A stretch of 64,000 bases of DNA from a virus (IMGVR_UViG_3300037067_025869:10850-74849), one strand, 5' to 3'. Positions 29,448 to 38,969 are shown, counted from the stretch's first letter. The notes: generated from the sequence alone by a model not told the origin. Made by a program: numbers and translations.

Positions 29448-30625
29448 TCTTTGTCTCTTCCAAAGCGGAAGAAGCTGATTATTTTAAGTAGAGGAAGATA
29501 ACTTCCAGTAAGTTTAAATAATTTTCCTTCATAATTGAAAACAACCCCCTCTATTGGTGCTATCGAGTCGAATCCCCCCGCTCTAAGAAATCTTTCATAT
29601 TGAGCTTTTAGAAACTTGGATTTTTCTCCACGGTATTCACTCATCTTATTTATCGCATCATCAGTTTTATCTATTATGGATTTTTGGGCTTTTGAAGGGT
29701 CGGAAGAAGCTATATTCTCCGAATTTAATAGTACTTTTGATCCAACTCTAGAAAATATTTCAATTATTTGTTCCAAAAATACTGTTCGGATACTATCTAT
29801 ATTTTTATCTGTTTCTTTTACCCATTTAACGGTTTGCTGATTTTTTCCAGCTAAAAGTTTAGTAATAGATGTTGATTTATCCAGATATGCCCATCTTCGA
29901 ATAAGACTTTTTATTAGGTTAAAATCCCTTTCCCTAATTTTTGAAAATTCGAAATCGATAAAATCCCAGAATTCAATTGCTAAAAAATCTTCAATAGTAT
30001 TTCTTTCTGCCAGATTAAAATTTTCCATCAGGGAATCCAGATCTTTTAAAAATTCTGTAGGATCCATAAATTTAAGTGAAACCTTATTAGTCTTATCGAT
30101 TTCAAAAGTTTTTGAAATTCCCTCTTGAGCAACTTTTATTAGTTTCAATAATGGGTCAAAATTAATATCTATAACCCCATTTTCAGTTTGCACATTATGA
30201 ATTCGGAGTTGATTTTTATTATATGGAATAATATTTTCCATTAAAGGTGTCAACAATTCCATATTCAGCCAATATTTTCCATTTAGAAAGAAATTTTGAA
30301 GAATTTCTTCATCTATAGTAAATAAAACGTTTTGTAAATCCTTTGCGGCGGTTGAATAAGCTTCTCGGGATTCTAGAGTTTTCATATATTCTCCCACCAG
30401 ATCCCAGCGCATCGCTTCAGCACCGTTATCCCGGACTTGTTTTAGGGAACGAGCAATATAGACATGACCGCTCTTATAAGTTGCTAGAATATTTACCCCA
30501 TCCAATTTTTCTTTTGCATTCTCTAAAGTACCTAAACACGATTTAATGATAATCTCTCTAATCTGTCCAAATGTTAAATCCATATTCTCCCATGGAGATT
30601 GGATATGTCCTGCTGCACCGCTCAT
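29444..30625 (-). CDS. Ligase-like nucleotidyltransferase-fold protein (T4-like DUF6267-type)
   Basis: Probable start is ATG 30625 (MSGAAGHIQSPW) within track ORF ending 30661; AKEKLDGVNI (KxDG), WLNMEL, PIEGVVFNYEGKLFKLTG (motifs IV/V). Confidence 0.65.
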   Translation of the reverse strand: MSGAAGHIQSPWENMDLTFGQIREIIIKSCLGTLENAKEKLDGVNILATYKSGHVYIARSLKQVRDNGAEAMRWDLVGEYMKTLESREAYSTAAKDLQNVLFTIDEEILQNFFLNGKYWLNMELLTPLMENIIPYNKNQLRIHNVQTENGVIDINFDPLLKLIKVAQEGISKTFEIDKTNKVSLKFMDPTEFLKDLDSLMENFNLAERNTIEDFLAIEFWDFIDFEFSKIRERDFNLIKSLIRRWAYLDKSTSITKLLAGKNQQTVKWVKETDKNIDSIRTVFLEQIIEIFSRVGSKVLLNSENIASSDPSKAQKSIIDKTDDAINKMSEYRGEKSKFLKAQYERFLRAGGFDSIAPIEGVVFNYEGKLFKLTGSYLPLLKIISFFRFGRDKE

Positions 30626-30706
30626 ATATTTTTTCCGATTAATTTTTCCATTATTTTTCAATGATATATTGACAAATTTGGATTGTCGCCGCCATTATGG
30701 TTCCTG

Positions 30707-31027
30707 CTAAATAAGCCGCAGCGATCTAAACCAATTTAAAATCCTATTTTTTTTAGTCTGAGGATAAAACCAGCTTCCTGTAATTAAAAACACAATTGGC
30801 AATCCGATGAGCATTAGCAACATTAAAATAATTGCAAAGGGTAGTGTAAATCTCAGCCATGTTTTTACAGGGGTTTCATTTTCGGTATAAAAATCAATAC
30901 CTAATAAAATCCATCTATCACACATTTCTTCGCTTGAAACTTTCTTAAGCTCTGGAAATGTTTCTTTGAATTTTGGTATGTAGTTCATATCATTATGAGA
31001 CCATACTCGTTTTAATTTCCTGTACAT
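30707..31027 (-). CDS. Hypothetical membrane protein
   Basis: One long hydrophobic segment LPFAIILMLLMLIGLPIVFLITG. Confidence 0.65.
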   Translation of the reverse strand: MYRKLKRVWSHNDMNYIPKFKETFPELKKVSSEEMCDRWILLGIDFYTENETPVKTWLRFTLPFAIILMLLMLIGLPIVFLITGSWFYPQTKKNRILNWFRSLRLI

Positions 31028-31077
31028 TTTTATCTAATTTTAGGTTAACAATTTAATTAAAAAACACGAAACCAAAG

Positions 31078-31917
31078 TTATTTTTTACGTGTCCAAGTTT
31101 TCTTTGTCTCATTCCATTCCCAATCTTTGAGAGGTTCTTCATCCTCGTCTTCATCTTCTTCCTCCGTAATAGGAAATTGGGATTTATAATTATATCCTGC
31201 TTGATAGCGATCATATCCTAATGGGGAACTTTCTGATGGGGTTCCAGATGTATGTAAAGCTTCGGTAACTTGATCCGCAGCAACGTCAGATTCTGGTAAA
31301 CTAATATTTTGTTCCAGAGTATCCCAAACGAATGAAACTTGTTCTTCTGTTGAGTCAGGGTATCCTGTCATAAAATTTTCTAAATCGCCATTAATTAAAT
31401 CTTGTCTTAGAACACTTGCAGAGATAGGTTCGCCTTCATGTTCATCTGTTCTACCTTTGAATCTTAAAGGCTCAATATTGACAGGCAATTCAACTATATT
31501 GATTCCCCTTCTATAAAATTTGCCTTCTAAAGAATGTTTCCAAGCAAAATCTGAAATTCTTTTAGCATTTTCTTCTTCCTTGCTGGAAGCTGCTAAAGTA
31601 TATTGACCCGGATCTGCTTCTTGAACAATCTTATAAGCTGCTAATATTGGAGAAGCCCAAGGAACTGCTTCGATTGTTGCTTTTTTAATATTTTCAGTTA
31701 GTTTTTCAATCATTTTTACAGCTATATTTTGGGTGATTCCCCCTCGAACACCTGGCCCAACAAGAATTCTGATTTCTTCAACTTCAGGAAGTTCGGCATA
31801 TTTTTTAATAAGGTCAATATGCCCGCCGCTACACGGTTTAAAACTCCCCGGAAATAAAACTATTACGTTTTTAACTTCTGATTTTTTATTCATAAATTTG
31901 AATTTTTTATATCGCAT
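31078..31917 (-). CDS. HIGH-family (cytidylyltransferase-like) nucleotidyltransferase
   Basis: VLFPGSFKPCSGGHIDL and ISASVLRQ (SxS-x-R) motifs; acidic tail. Confidence 0.7.
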   Translation of the reverse strand: MRYKKFKFMNKKSEVKNVIVLFPGSFKPCSGGHIDLIKKYAELPEVEEIRILVGPGVRGGITQNIAVKMIEKLTENIKKATIEAVPWASPILAAYKIVQEADPGQYTLAASSKEEENAKRISDFAWKHSLEGKFYRRGINIVELPVNIEPLRFKGRTDEHEGEPISASVLRQDLINGDLENFMTGYPDSTEEQVSFVWDTLEQNISLPESDVAADQVTEALHTSGTPSESSPLGYDRYQAGYNYKSQFPITEEEDEDEDEEPLKDWEWNETKKTWTRKK

Positions 31918-32759
31918 TTTTTTAAAACTTCATTTGGTAGGGGAAGATTTTGCTCCTCTATGCACTCGATAAATCTATTAATGATATCTGCTCGTTTATT
32001 TATCCATTTAAAATTAGGGGACATAACTATATGCCATAGCTTTTCAAATGTATCAATATCTGATGGAATAAACTGGCTTCCCACAGTCAGATCTAAAATT
32101 TCCATAGGTTGATCTGTAACAAAATATTCGGATCCATTGACATTCGTTCCACCCTTAACCAATTTTCCTTTCTTCCCCATAAAATTTTTGCGAACCCTCC
32201 AAACCCCCCACGGAAATTTAAGTATGTTTACTTCGATTTCTTCTATTCCCCCTATATCAGTAAACTTAATTATTTCTTTTTTTGATTCTGTAATAATAGC
32301 CATTAAAAGAATATTTCGATAAAATCCTTTGTATTCAGATTCCCCTTTGCGAAAATCCGGAGAATGATAAATGAATTCTGACCACTCGAGATTGTGTGTT
32401 ATCATAAAATCCACTTGAACAATCCCCATTTCATGATTCCCTGCAATAGGACAGCCGAAGGAAACAATTCTAAATCCATAATTAATAGCTGAATCAAATC
32501 CCAGTGTTTCTAATTGATGCTGCAGCATATTTAATTCAGTATTTTTAGGAAAAGAATTGGGGTCTGGTTTAAGAAGAACGGCAATATCAATATCCCCATA
32601 AATTTCCCCGTCTTTTTTCTTTCCATAAGAACCCAATAATTCAATATCCTGTTCTCTGATTAGTAAATGCCGAAGAACATTTTCTTTTAGCCATTTAACT
32701 GTTTCTTGAGCTTCGTCAAAAGTAACCGGACGAGAAGTTTTAATTGCATTCCCTCCCAT
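31890..32759 (-). CDS. Pol-beta-superfamily nucleotidyltransferase
   Basis: Probable start MGGNAIK (ATG 32759) within track ORF ending 32786; LLGSYGKK...GDIDIAV...VQVDFM match the GS/DxD/D catalytic signature. Confidence 0.75.
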   Translation of the reverse strand: MGGNAIKTSRPVTFDEAQETVKWLKENVLRHLLIREQDIELLGSYGKKKDGEIYGDIDIAVLLKPDPNSFPKNTELNMLQHQLETLGFDSAINYGFRIVSFGCPIAGNHEMGIVQVDFMITHNLEWSEFIYHSPDFRKGESEYKGFYRNILLMAIITESKKEIIKFTDIGGIEEIEVNILKFPWGVWRVRKNFMGKKGKLVKGGTNVNGSEYFVTDQPMEILDLTVGSQFIPSDIDTFEKLWHIVMSPNFKWINKRADIINRFIECIEEQNLPLPNEVLKKCDIKNSNL

Positions 32760-32806
32760 GATAATATTTTTTACAAATATACACAAAAATGGGATAAGTT
32801 TTATTC

Positions 32807-33088
32807 TTATCCCGTTATGATTTCGTTAAACCCCCATTCTTGAAAGCTTTCGAATGCTTGTTTTTGGGTGGGTTGTAAATCCCTTTGGAGAATACTGATT
32901 AATTTCATGGAAGGCTTTCGAACTAATTCCCCTTGCGTCTGATATATCTTAGGATCTACTTTACCTAAATATTTCCAACGCATAAGTTGATTAGGAGTAA
33001 TGTGAACTTGATAAAGATCCTCTCCTTTTAAAACAGTATGGGAATAAATGTAATTTCCCCTATTTTTGTATATTTGGAGGTAAGGCAT
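32807..33088 (-). CDS. Hypothetical protein
   Basis: 93-aa ORF overlapping the upstream gene end. Confidence 0.55.
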   Translation of the reverse strand: MPYLQIYKNRGNYIYSHTVLKGEDLYQVHITPNQLMRWKYLGKVDPKIYQTQGELVRKPSMKLISILQRDLQPTQKQAFESFQEWGFNEIITG

Positions 33089-33689
33089 CTTCTTTTGGAG
33101 CTTCTTTTTTAACTAGATTAACTACCTTTCGAGAGGTTTTGTCTGGATCTTTATCTTTATTGGGATGCCAGGAATAAACCCCTTTCGTAAATGTAATCTG
33201 GAAAGGCTCCCGAAGCTCCCTTTTATATTTTCCCCCCTTACCTGATAAAACATAGGCAAGAGTGAGATGAGGATGAAATTCAGGGAAAGTCTGGGTATTT
33301 GGAATTTGCATAAAAAGATCCCGATATTTTTGTAATTGACCGGTTAGAGGAACATTATATTTTACAACATCATATTCTTTTCCGGGAAAAACATCAACTT
33401 CCTTGATTGTAACGGTTACCGGTTTCATATAGTATTCAATTAGATCGGCCATCCTCTGAGGATCAACTTCTTTTTCGTGGATGCCATAAAGAATTGTTAC
33501 GTGGGGTTGTTCTTCCAACCCATAGGAATCATCATAAGGTTTTAAATAAATATCTTCCCTTTCAATTCCTGCTGTATGAAATTCTGTCCAATTTTTTATA
33601 TCGGCATCCATCATAACACAGCCAAATTTTTCATCATTAGCTGAAGTGTCGGATTCATTTAACCATTGCAAAAAACTTTGAAATTTCAT
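33060..33689 (-). CDS. 2H phosphoesterase (Acb1/LigT-like)
   Basis: Two HxT motifs: PHVTILYG and PHLTLAY. N-terminus MKFQSFLQWLNES resembles a T4-type capsid-targeting leader. Confidence 0.8.
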   Translation of the reverse strand: MKFQSFLQWLNESDTSANDEKFGCVMMDADIKNWTEFHTAGIEREDIYLKPYDDSYGLEEQPHVTILYGIHEKEVDPQRMADLIEYYMKPVTVTIKEVDVFPGKEYDVVKYNVPLTGQLQKYRDLFMQIPNTQTFPEFHPHLTLAYVLSGKGGKYKRELREPFQITFTKGVYSWHPNKDKDPDKTSRKVVNLVKKEAPKEDALPPNIQK

Positions 33690-33718
33690 CTTTTAAATAT
33701 TTTTAATTTTATTTTAAA

Positions 33719-34498
33719 TTATATGGTTTTTAACATCCCGATTAAAGATGGATCCGGGTGGCAATCAGATTTATCCTTACGATATGATACATGAGTCCAT
33801 ACTCCAGGCATACCAGATAGAGCATCCTGGGAAAGATCCCACATTTTCTCATGATACATGAGAGTAATATTATATTTCTGTTTCCAAAATAATAAAAGTT
33901 CCCCTATAGTTTGTATCTGTTCATTTGTATATTTTTCATAGTAGTTATATCCGCGAAATCCGCTTGGATAATATTGCATTGCAACATCAACGGCATTACC
34001 ATAGTAGGTATAAAATTTTCCTACTTCAGTATGAATATTTTTAGAGGGATTTCCAAATTTTTTAATGGTTCCATCACCAGGAATTAATCCCCCCCAGTTA
34101 TCAATCTCAATACCAATTGATTGAGAATCTCTAAGTTTGTTTCCTATTCCTAAATGCCAAGCCCAGTATTTTGAAGAGAATAACTGATGCGGAATTCCAT
34201 TTCGATCGATAATCATAGCGGTTCCTACAACTGTTGGATCGTCTTCCCAAGTTGCAATATCTCCGGTAACACCATTGCCACTTATTGTATGATGCAAGCA
34301 AATTTGTTTTTTCAGACACTCCTCATGAAAATATTGATCTTCTGGAAAATCAATAACTTTGATTTTGTGAAGTTCAATGGGTTTTAAATCTGACCGCATA
34401 TTAGAAATTATTTTAGTTGCAGAAGCATCTTCTTCTGGCGTATGCTCATAAAACTTCCAATCTTTGATCCAAGACCAATAAAAAGGAAATGATAGCAT
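33719..34498 (-). CDS. N-acetylmuramoyl-L-alanine amidase (endolysin)
   Basis: ICLHHT, AWHLG, SIGIEIDNWG, YTNEQ, THVSYRKDKSDCHP Zn-amidase motifs. Confidence 0.88.
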   Translation of the reverse strand: MLSFPFYWSWIKDWKFYEHTPEEDASATKIISNMRSDLKPIELHKIKVIDFPEDQYFHEECLKKQICLHHTISGNGVTGDIATWEDDPTVVGTAMIIDRNGIPHQLFSSKYWAWHLGIGNKLRDSQSIGIEIDNWGGLIPGDGTIKKFGNPSKNIHTEVGKFYTYYGNAVDVAMQYYPSGFRGYNYYEKYTNEQIQTIGELLLFWKQKYNITLMYHEKMWDLSQDALSGMPGVWTHVSYRKDKSDCHPDPSLIGMLKTI

Positions 34499-34508
34499 AA
34501 GTTTTATT

Positions 34509-35003
34509 TTATTTATCCATCATTTCATTTCTTATTAATCTATTGCACTTACTTTTCCAATTAGCCCCAATTGAATTAATTGCTTTAGTTTTAGTATATT
34601 TGAGTATACATCTATTCTCAATCCAATCATTATCAAGATGCCATAAAAAATCATTCCAGAATTTAAAAAATGGCCATTTATCATCCATATCTGTAAAGTG
34701 AATCCTTTCTTTGGGAATTCTTAGTCGTTCAGCTATTTCAAAAAGATCTTTATTTGTTAAGCCAACAGCAGCTGTATTTTGGAAAAAAGATTTATATCTT
34801 TCATCATCTCCAAATCGAGAGGTTACAATCCACACTTCAATTCCCTCATCAACAAGTTCTTGAGCATATTTTTGAACTGATTCCCTCGATAGGGTTTCAT
34901 CGAAACCAAAGCTTACACGGATTGTTTTTTCCTTTTCCATGTTTTTAGAAAAAATTAAGAAGCTTAGGCCTGTTTTTAATATGTCTAAGCTCCTTAGATC
35001 CAA
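34509..35003 (-). CDS. HAD-like protein lacking the catalytic Asp
   Basis: VSFGFDETL (DxD motif with first D->G), IVTSR, HLDND. Confidence 0.65.
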   Translation of the reverse strand: MDLRSLDILKTGLSFLIFSKNMEKEKTIRVSFGFDETLSRESVQKYAQELVDEGIEVWIVTSRFGDDERYKSFFQNTAAVGLTNKDLFEIAERLRIPKERIHFTDMDDKWPFFKFWNDFLWHLDNDWIENRCILKYTKTKAINSIGANWKSKCNRLIRNEMMDK

Positions 35004-35008
35004 AAAAA

Positions 35009-35335
35009 TTAATAGGGTTTAATATGGGGGAGAAGTTTTTCCCCTCTAGGAGTAACTGCCCAACCAGATTCTGTTTTTTCTACTATTCCGACTTTTGAAA
35101 ATAAAGCTAAAGATATTGCTGCTACTTCTTTAGCATCGTGAATAGCATTTTTTATTTCTGATTCTGTTAAAACAGGAGTTCCCCCTGTTTCGAGTTTCTT
35201 TACTACACGAGCCTTCATAGACGCATAAATTGATTCTCTTTTCATAAAAGGAACGGTTATTTCCTTATCATATTCCCCCTTATCAATTTTATCCTTCATT
35301 TTATTTAGAAAGACATGTGATGATTCTGCATTCAT
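35009..35335 (-). CDS. Hypothetical protein, possible winged-helix C-terminus
   Basis: SLALFSKVGIVEKTESGWAVTPRGEKLL resembles a wHTH wing. Confidence 0.55.
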   Translation of the reverse strand: MNAESSHVFLNKMKDKIDKGEYDKEITVPFMKRESIYASMKARVVKKLETGGTPVLTESEIKNAIHDAKEVAAISLALFSKVGIVEKTESGWAVTPRGEKLLPHIKPY

Positions 35336-35571
35336 AATTTATCAGGTTTTTCGTATTTATTTCTTATTATACCCGAAAAAGCTACGATAATTTTCTATTA
35401 ACGAAGATTTAACACTAAAATTATAGCTCAAAAAAGAATTTAACTAATTTTTAACGAAAAAATAAAAACTATCATTAGAGAAGTCATACAATAAGTGTCC
35501 AAGAGAAAAAGAAAGAATTTACTCTAATAGAAAGAAAAGAAAAAAGAAAGATAAATAAATAAAAATATATT

Positions 35572-35946
35572 ATGAATCTAATCCCCGAATCTTTAGAAGA
35601 ATCTCTAAATTTTGAAAGAGGGCAAGATCCCAAGAAAAGTATAAGGATCGGTTTAAAATATCCAAGAAGATTTGAGACTATTGACGAATTTGTTGATTAT
35701 ATCATATCTGCTATGCCCTTAATTTTTAATGGTGAAATCCCTGATGATATTTTAAACTCCGAAGAACATTTATGGCTTCCCATAGCATATTTCCAAAAAA
35801 TAGCTACTTGGTTGAAGAAAGAAAAATTTGAAATGCCCAATGGAAATACTAATTGGGACTATACATTTGGCATGTCCGATGAATTCGCGCATTGGCCTAA
35901 ATCAATTGCTTTAAGATTAGAACAAATGCTTGATCAGAAGAGGTGA
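35572..35946 (+). CDS. FxRGxDP-leader protein, isolated on the plus strand
   Basis: MNLIPESLEESLNFERGQDPKKSIRIG; GATAAATAAATAAAAA at 35550..35565 upstream. Confidence 0.8.
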   Translation: MNLIPESLEESLNFERGQDPKKSIRIGLKYPRRFETIDEFVDYIISAMPLIFNGEIPDDILNSEEHLWLPIAYFQKIATWLKKEKFEMPNGNTNWDYTFGMSDEFAHWPKSIALRLEQMLDQKR

Positions 35947-35971
35947 AATGATAGAATTAATTGTTTAAATA

Positions 35972-36592
35972 TTAATTTTTAGCTAAATAAGTTTCAACTG
36001 CCCAGTAACTATCAACTAAATCATCAAGGTGCTCTATCCAAGTCCCTGTTTTCTTTTGAAATAAAGAAGAGTTTGAAGATATAGTCTTTGCTAAATCGCA
36101 AGATGAGGATTGGACAAAAGCATCAATCATATCTTTTTTATTTTTGCCTTTTTGAGAGCATCCGGCAGTTTTTTTTATTGTAATCGGAGAATAAGTAGTC
36201 ATATTTTCAAAAGGAACACATTTATCAAATAAATCCCTCATTATCATATACTTATATGATCCTAGCTGAATTCCCATATTCCCAGATGAATTAAAAGAAA
36301 GACCTTCAAAAACTATTTGCCATTTGCTTATATCCCCATCGGGTAGGCTAGTAATAATTAAATTTGAAAGATACATGGAGTTGGATACTTCCCATCGCAT
36401 TTTTTCAGAAGAATCTTTTCCTTTATATTTTTTATCATCTCTATCTATAAGATTAACGCCCGCGTCGCGATAAATTTTTTTAAGTTTTTCACTTAAATCA
36501 AAAGGCCAAGAATAAAAGATATATTTATTATTTTGGTAAAAACATGCAGCGGGTTTATTAATTGAAAAGTCAAACCCAAATATTGGATTCAT
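35972..36592 (-). CDS. RuvC-like Holliday junction resolvase
   Basis: GFDFS, FEGLSF, PITIKKTAG, KKDMIDAF, DDLVDSY. Confidence 0.8.
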   Translation of the reverse strand: MNPIFGFDFSINKPAACFYQNNKYIFYSWPFDLSEKLKKIYRDAGVNLIDRDDKKYKGKDSSEKMRWEVSNSMYLSNLIITSLPDGDISKWQIVFEGLSFNSSGNMGIQLGSYKYMIMRDLFDKCVPFENMTTYSPITIKKTAGCSQKGKNKKDMIDAFVQSSSCDLAKTISSNSSLFQKKTGTWIEHLDDLVDSYWAVETYLAKN

Positions 36593-36635
36593 TAATTTAG
36601 TTTTAAATGATTATTAATATGGTGGTTTTTATAAA

Positions 36636-37019
36636 TTATCTAAGAGCTGTATAAGTTATAGCAGATAGGACTAATTTGCTGGTTAGCAATTTACCGAGGG
36701 TTCCATTTTCATCTATTCCCAATGCTTTACACAATGCTTTCATAATACTGGGTCCTACTAAAGCCGAAGCTCCCGCACCAGCTATAGCTCCTAGAAACCC
36801 CTCATCCATATCTTCTCCTTTATTAAGTTTTTCCAAAATTTGATAATAAGTTTTTTCAGCTTCTTGTATTTGATCCGGGGTCATATCCTTTATCTCCTCG
36901 GATTCAAAAATCTTTGATGATTGCGAATATTTAATATCGTAGTAAGTAGGAAAATCAAATTTTTTTGATTCTTCTAAACGGATTCTGGATTTAATTTCTT
37001 TTTCCATAAGAAAGCTCAT
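36636..37019 (-). CDS. Putative virion protein
   Basis: LEES and MDE|GFLG junctions, Gly/Ala-rich hydrophobic C-terminus; TAATATATAAATA at 37021..37033. Confidence 0.6.
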   Translation of the reverse strand: MSFLMEKEIKSRIRLEESKKFDFPTYYDIKYSQSSKIFESEEIKDMTPDQIQEAEKTYYQILEKLNKGEDMDEGFLGAIAGAGASALVGPSIMKALCKALGIDENGTLGKLLTSKLVLSAITYTALR

Positions 37020-37030
37020 TTATTTATATA

Positions 37031-37591
37031 TTAAAGTCCTTCTGGGGTGTCTGTTCTTCTTTTAATTGTATATCTATTATATTTTATATTCATTGAAAAA
37101 GTATTAAATTCTGCTGCAGTTGTAGCATATGAAATTTCAAATTGGGATAAACTCGTAGGAATAAGTTTTGTAAAGGTAAATTCCACTAATTCAAATCCAT
37201 GATGATCTAAAAAGGAAACAAACATAGGGGGCCAAAAAGGAACTCTATCTGAGTATTCCACAAATTTTTCAATTTGCTCAAAGAGAATCCAATAAGAAAT
37301 AAATCCCTCTGATAATTTAAAAGTAATACTTAAATTTTTATCTAAGACTGCTTCAAGCTCTTTTCCCCCTCGATAAGCAATTTTATATTGAGATTGCTGC
37401 TGCTCTGCTGTTGGAAGATCAACGGCAGGAAATGTGATATTTTGAACCGAAGCATTAATAAAATCCTCAACACTTTCGTAAGGGAGTTTTAGCCTTTTGA
37501 TAATAGGAGTCCACCTGGTATGAATTTCTGGATAAAAGAAATTCTTAGGAAAAACTACGACGAATTGGTTAGACAAACTGTTAATTAGCAT
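37031..37591 (-). CDS. Tail-tube-fold protein (tube paralog / baseplate or terminator)
   Basis: VQNITFPAV...LSITFKLSEG...FTFTK...SLSQFEISY...FNTFSMNIKYN resembles the gp19 fold. Confidence 0.6.
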   Translation of the reverse strand: MLINSLSNQFVVVFPKNFFYPEIHTRWTPIIKRLKLPYESVEDFINASVQNITFPAVDLPTAEQQQSQYKIAYRGGKELEAVLDKNLSITFKLSEGFISYWILFEQIEKFVEYSDRVPFWPPMFVSFLDHHGFELVEFTFTKLIPTSLSQFEISYATTAAEFNTFSMNIKYNRYTIKRRTDTPEGL

Positions 37592-37847
37592 TTCGAATAT
37601 AATTTAAATATATATTCATTATGAAAAAAGAAAAATTTATTTGCAAAATTTATTCAAAAGAATATCTCTCTTTATCCATCTATCTAGGCATGTTAGTATT
37701 CACAATATTTCTATAATAGATCCATTAAAGAAAAAAACTGTATTAAATACAGAATTTCAATTTATAATGATTATAGATAAAAAATATGATGAATTTGAAA
37801 AACTTATTTCCCCCTCTATACTATAATTTAAAAATAATGTAAAAAAT

Positions 37848-38486
37848 ATGGCAGAACTTGAAATTAATAATGCAGAGGATCTTAAAAAAGAGCTTAAAAA
37901 AGCCGTTGAAAATAATCCAAATAAACCAACTGAGGAGGAGATTAAAGCTGCAGCAGCTGAATTCGAATCTGCTTCTAAAACTTTCCCTTCTAAATTATGG
38001 GAAATAGGCAAGGTTAAAGATGCTAGAACTTTTTGTGACTATCTCAAACACTATGTAAGAAATAGATTATTTTGGACTAAAAATGGCTGGATGGGAGTCG
38101 TAAAATTAAACGAGGAGCTTCAAGCAGCTGAAAATCTATTAAATGGGAAAGAACCTCTTAAATTGGGATATCAAGCACTGGAGTTTGTTTATTATTCCTT
38201 AATGAATCCCGGAGGGATTGGTCTTCAAACAGCACAGGATTTTGAATCGGAAAGTGAAAATTATCTTCCTCTTATGGAATCGGTTTCTATCTCTCTAGAA
38301 AAAGCTAGAATTGAGCTTAAACAAATTCAATTCTTGCAAGATAAGTATGCAGCTATGCAGCAAGGTTTTTATCTTGAGCTTGAACCTACAGAAGGAGATC
38401 CTGCATCGGAGTTAGAAACACCCCTTAATTTAGACGAACCCATTGCTGTAGATCCCGGGGATCTTGCTATTCATCCTGCTGAATAG
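37848..38486 (+). CDS. Hypothetical protein
   Basis: 212-aa ORF followed by a strong hairpin. Confidence 0.75.
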   Translation: MAELEINNAEDLKKELKKAVENNPNKPTEEEIKAAAAEFESASKTFPSKLWEIGKVKDARTFCDYLKHYVRNRLFWTKNGWMGVVKLNEELQAAENLLNGKEPLKLGYQALEFVYYSLMNPGGIGLQTAQDFESESENYLPLMESVSISLEKARIELKQIQFLQDKYAAMQQGFYLELEPTEGDPASELETPLNLDEPIAVDPGDLAIHPAE

Positions 38487-38510
38487 TTACTTTTCCTTTA
38501 ATAAAACTAT

Positions 38511-38534
38511 AAGGATCCTAAAACTAGGATCCTT
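38511..38534 (+). terminator. Intrinsic terminator
   Basis: AAGGATCCTA-AAAC-TAGGATCCTT perfect stem. Confidence 0.75.
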
Positions 38535-38612
38535 TGTTCTGATATAAAGTATAATAAAAAGTTTACATCTACTTTAAAATAAGAATATATAAAAATAAAA
38601 TGATCAATTATT

Positions 38613-38969
38613 ATGACAACAACTCCAGATCAATTTTTCTCTAAAAACATGAAATGGATTACTTTAATCCTATTCTTTCTTCTTTTATTCAGTTCGGTAA
38701 GAAGCTGTAATAGGAAAATGCAATTAGATATAGGAACAAAACAATATATTGAACAAATAGATTCTTTAAAAACCCTTATCAATAAAACTAGACAAGAGGG
38801 CCAAGACAGCATCAAAAAGCTAAATTTTGAATTAAAATTTACTTCTGAACAAACAAGAGCTGCAAATGATCGAGCTCAAGCAGTTCAAAATGCTGTTGAA
38901 AAGATTAAAACAAATACCACTATTACAGTAAAGGGTGTGGAAGAAATAAAGGATGCATTTAAAAAATGA
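38613..38969 (+). CDS. Membrane-anchored coiled-coil protein (spanin-like)
   Basis: N-terminal TM WITLILFFLLLFSSVRSC then coiled coil; GAATATATAAA at 38583..38593. Confidence 0.5.
   Translation: MTTTPDQFFSKNMKWITLILFFLLLFSSVRSCNRKMQLDIGTKQYIEQIDSLKTLINKTRQEGQDSIKKLNFELKFTSEQTRAANDRAQAVQNAVEKIKTNTTITVKGVEEIKDAFKK

Noticed and set aside
29444-33689. Assignment as an NAD+ reconstitution pathway (NARP1/NARP2)
   Set aside because: No PRPP-synthetase-like or Nampt-like partner is seen in the window, and the HIGH motif is partly degenerate.
35336-35571. A-rich divergent intergenic region as a replication origin
   Set aside because: No iterons or DnaA boxes are evident; it is explained by divergent promoters.
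37621-37826. Plus-strand ORF 37641..37826 and an overlapping 31-aa ORF
   Set aside because: Competing short frames with no recognisable motif; cannot tell which, if any, is real.
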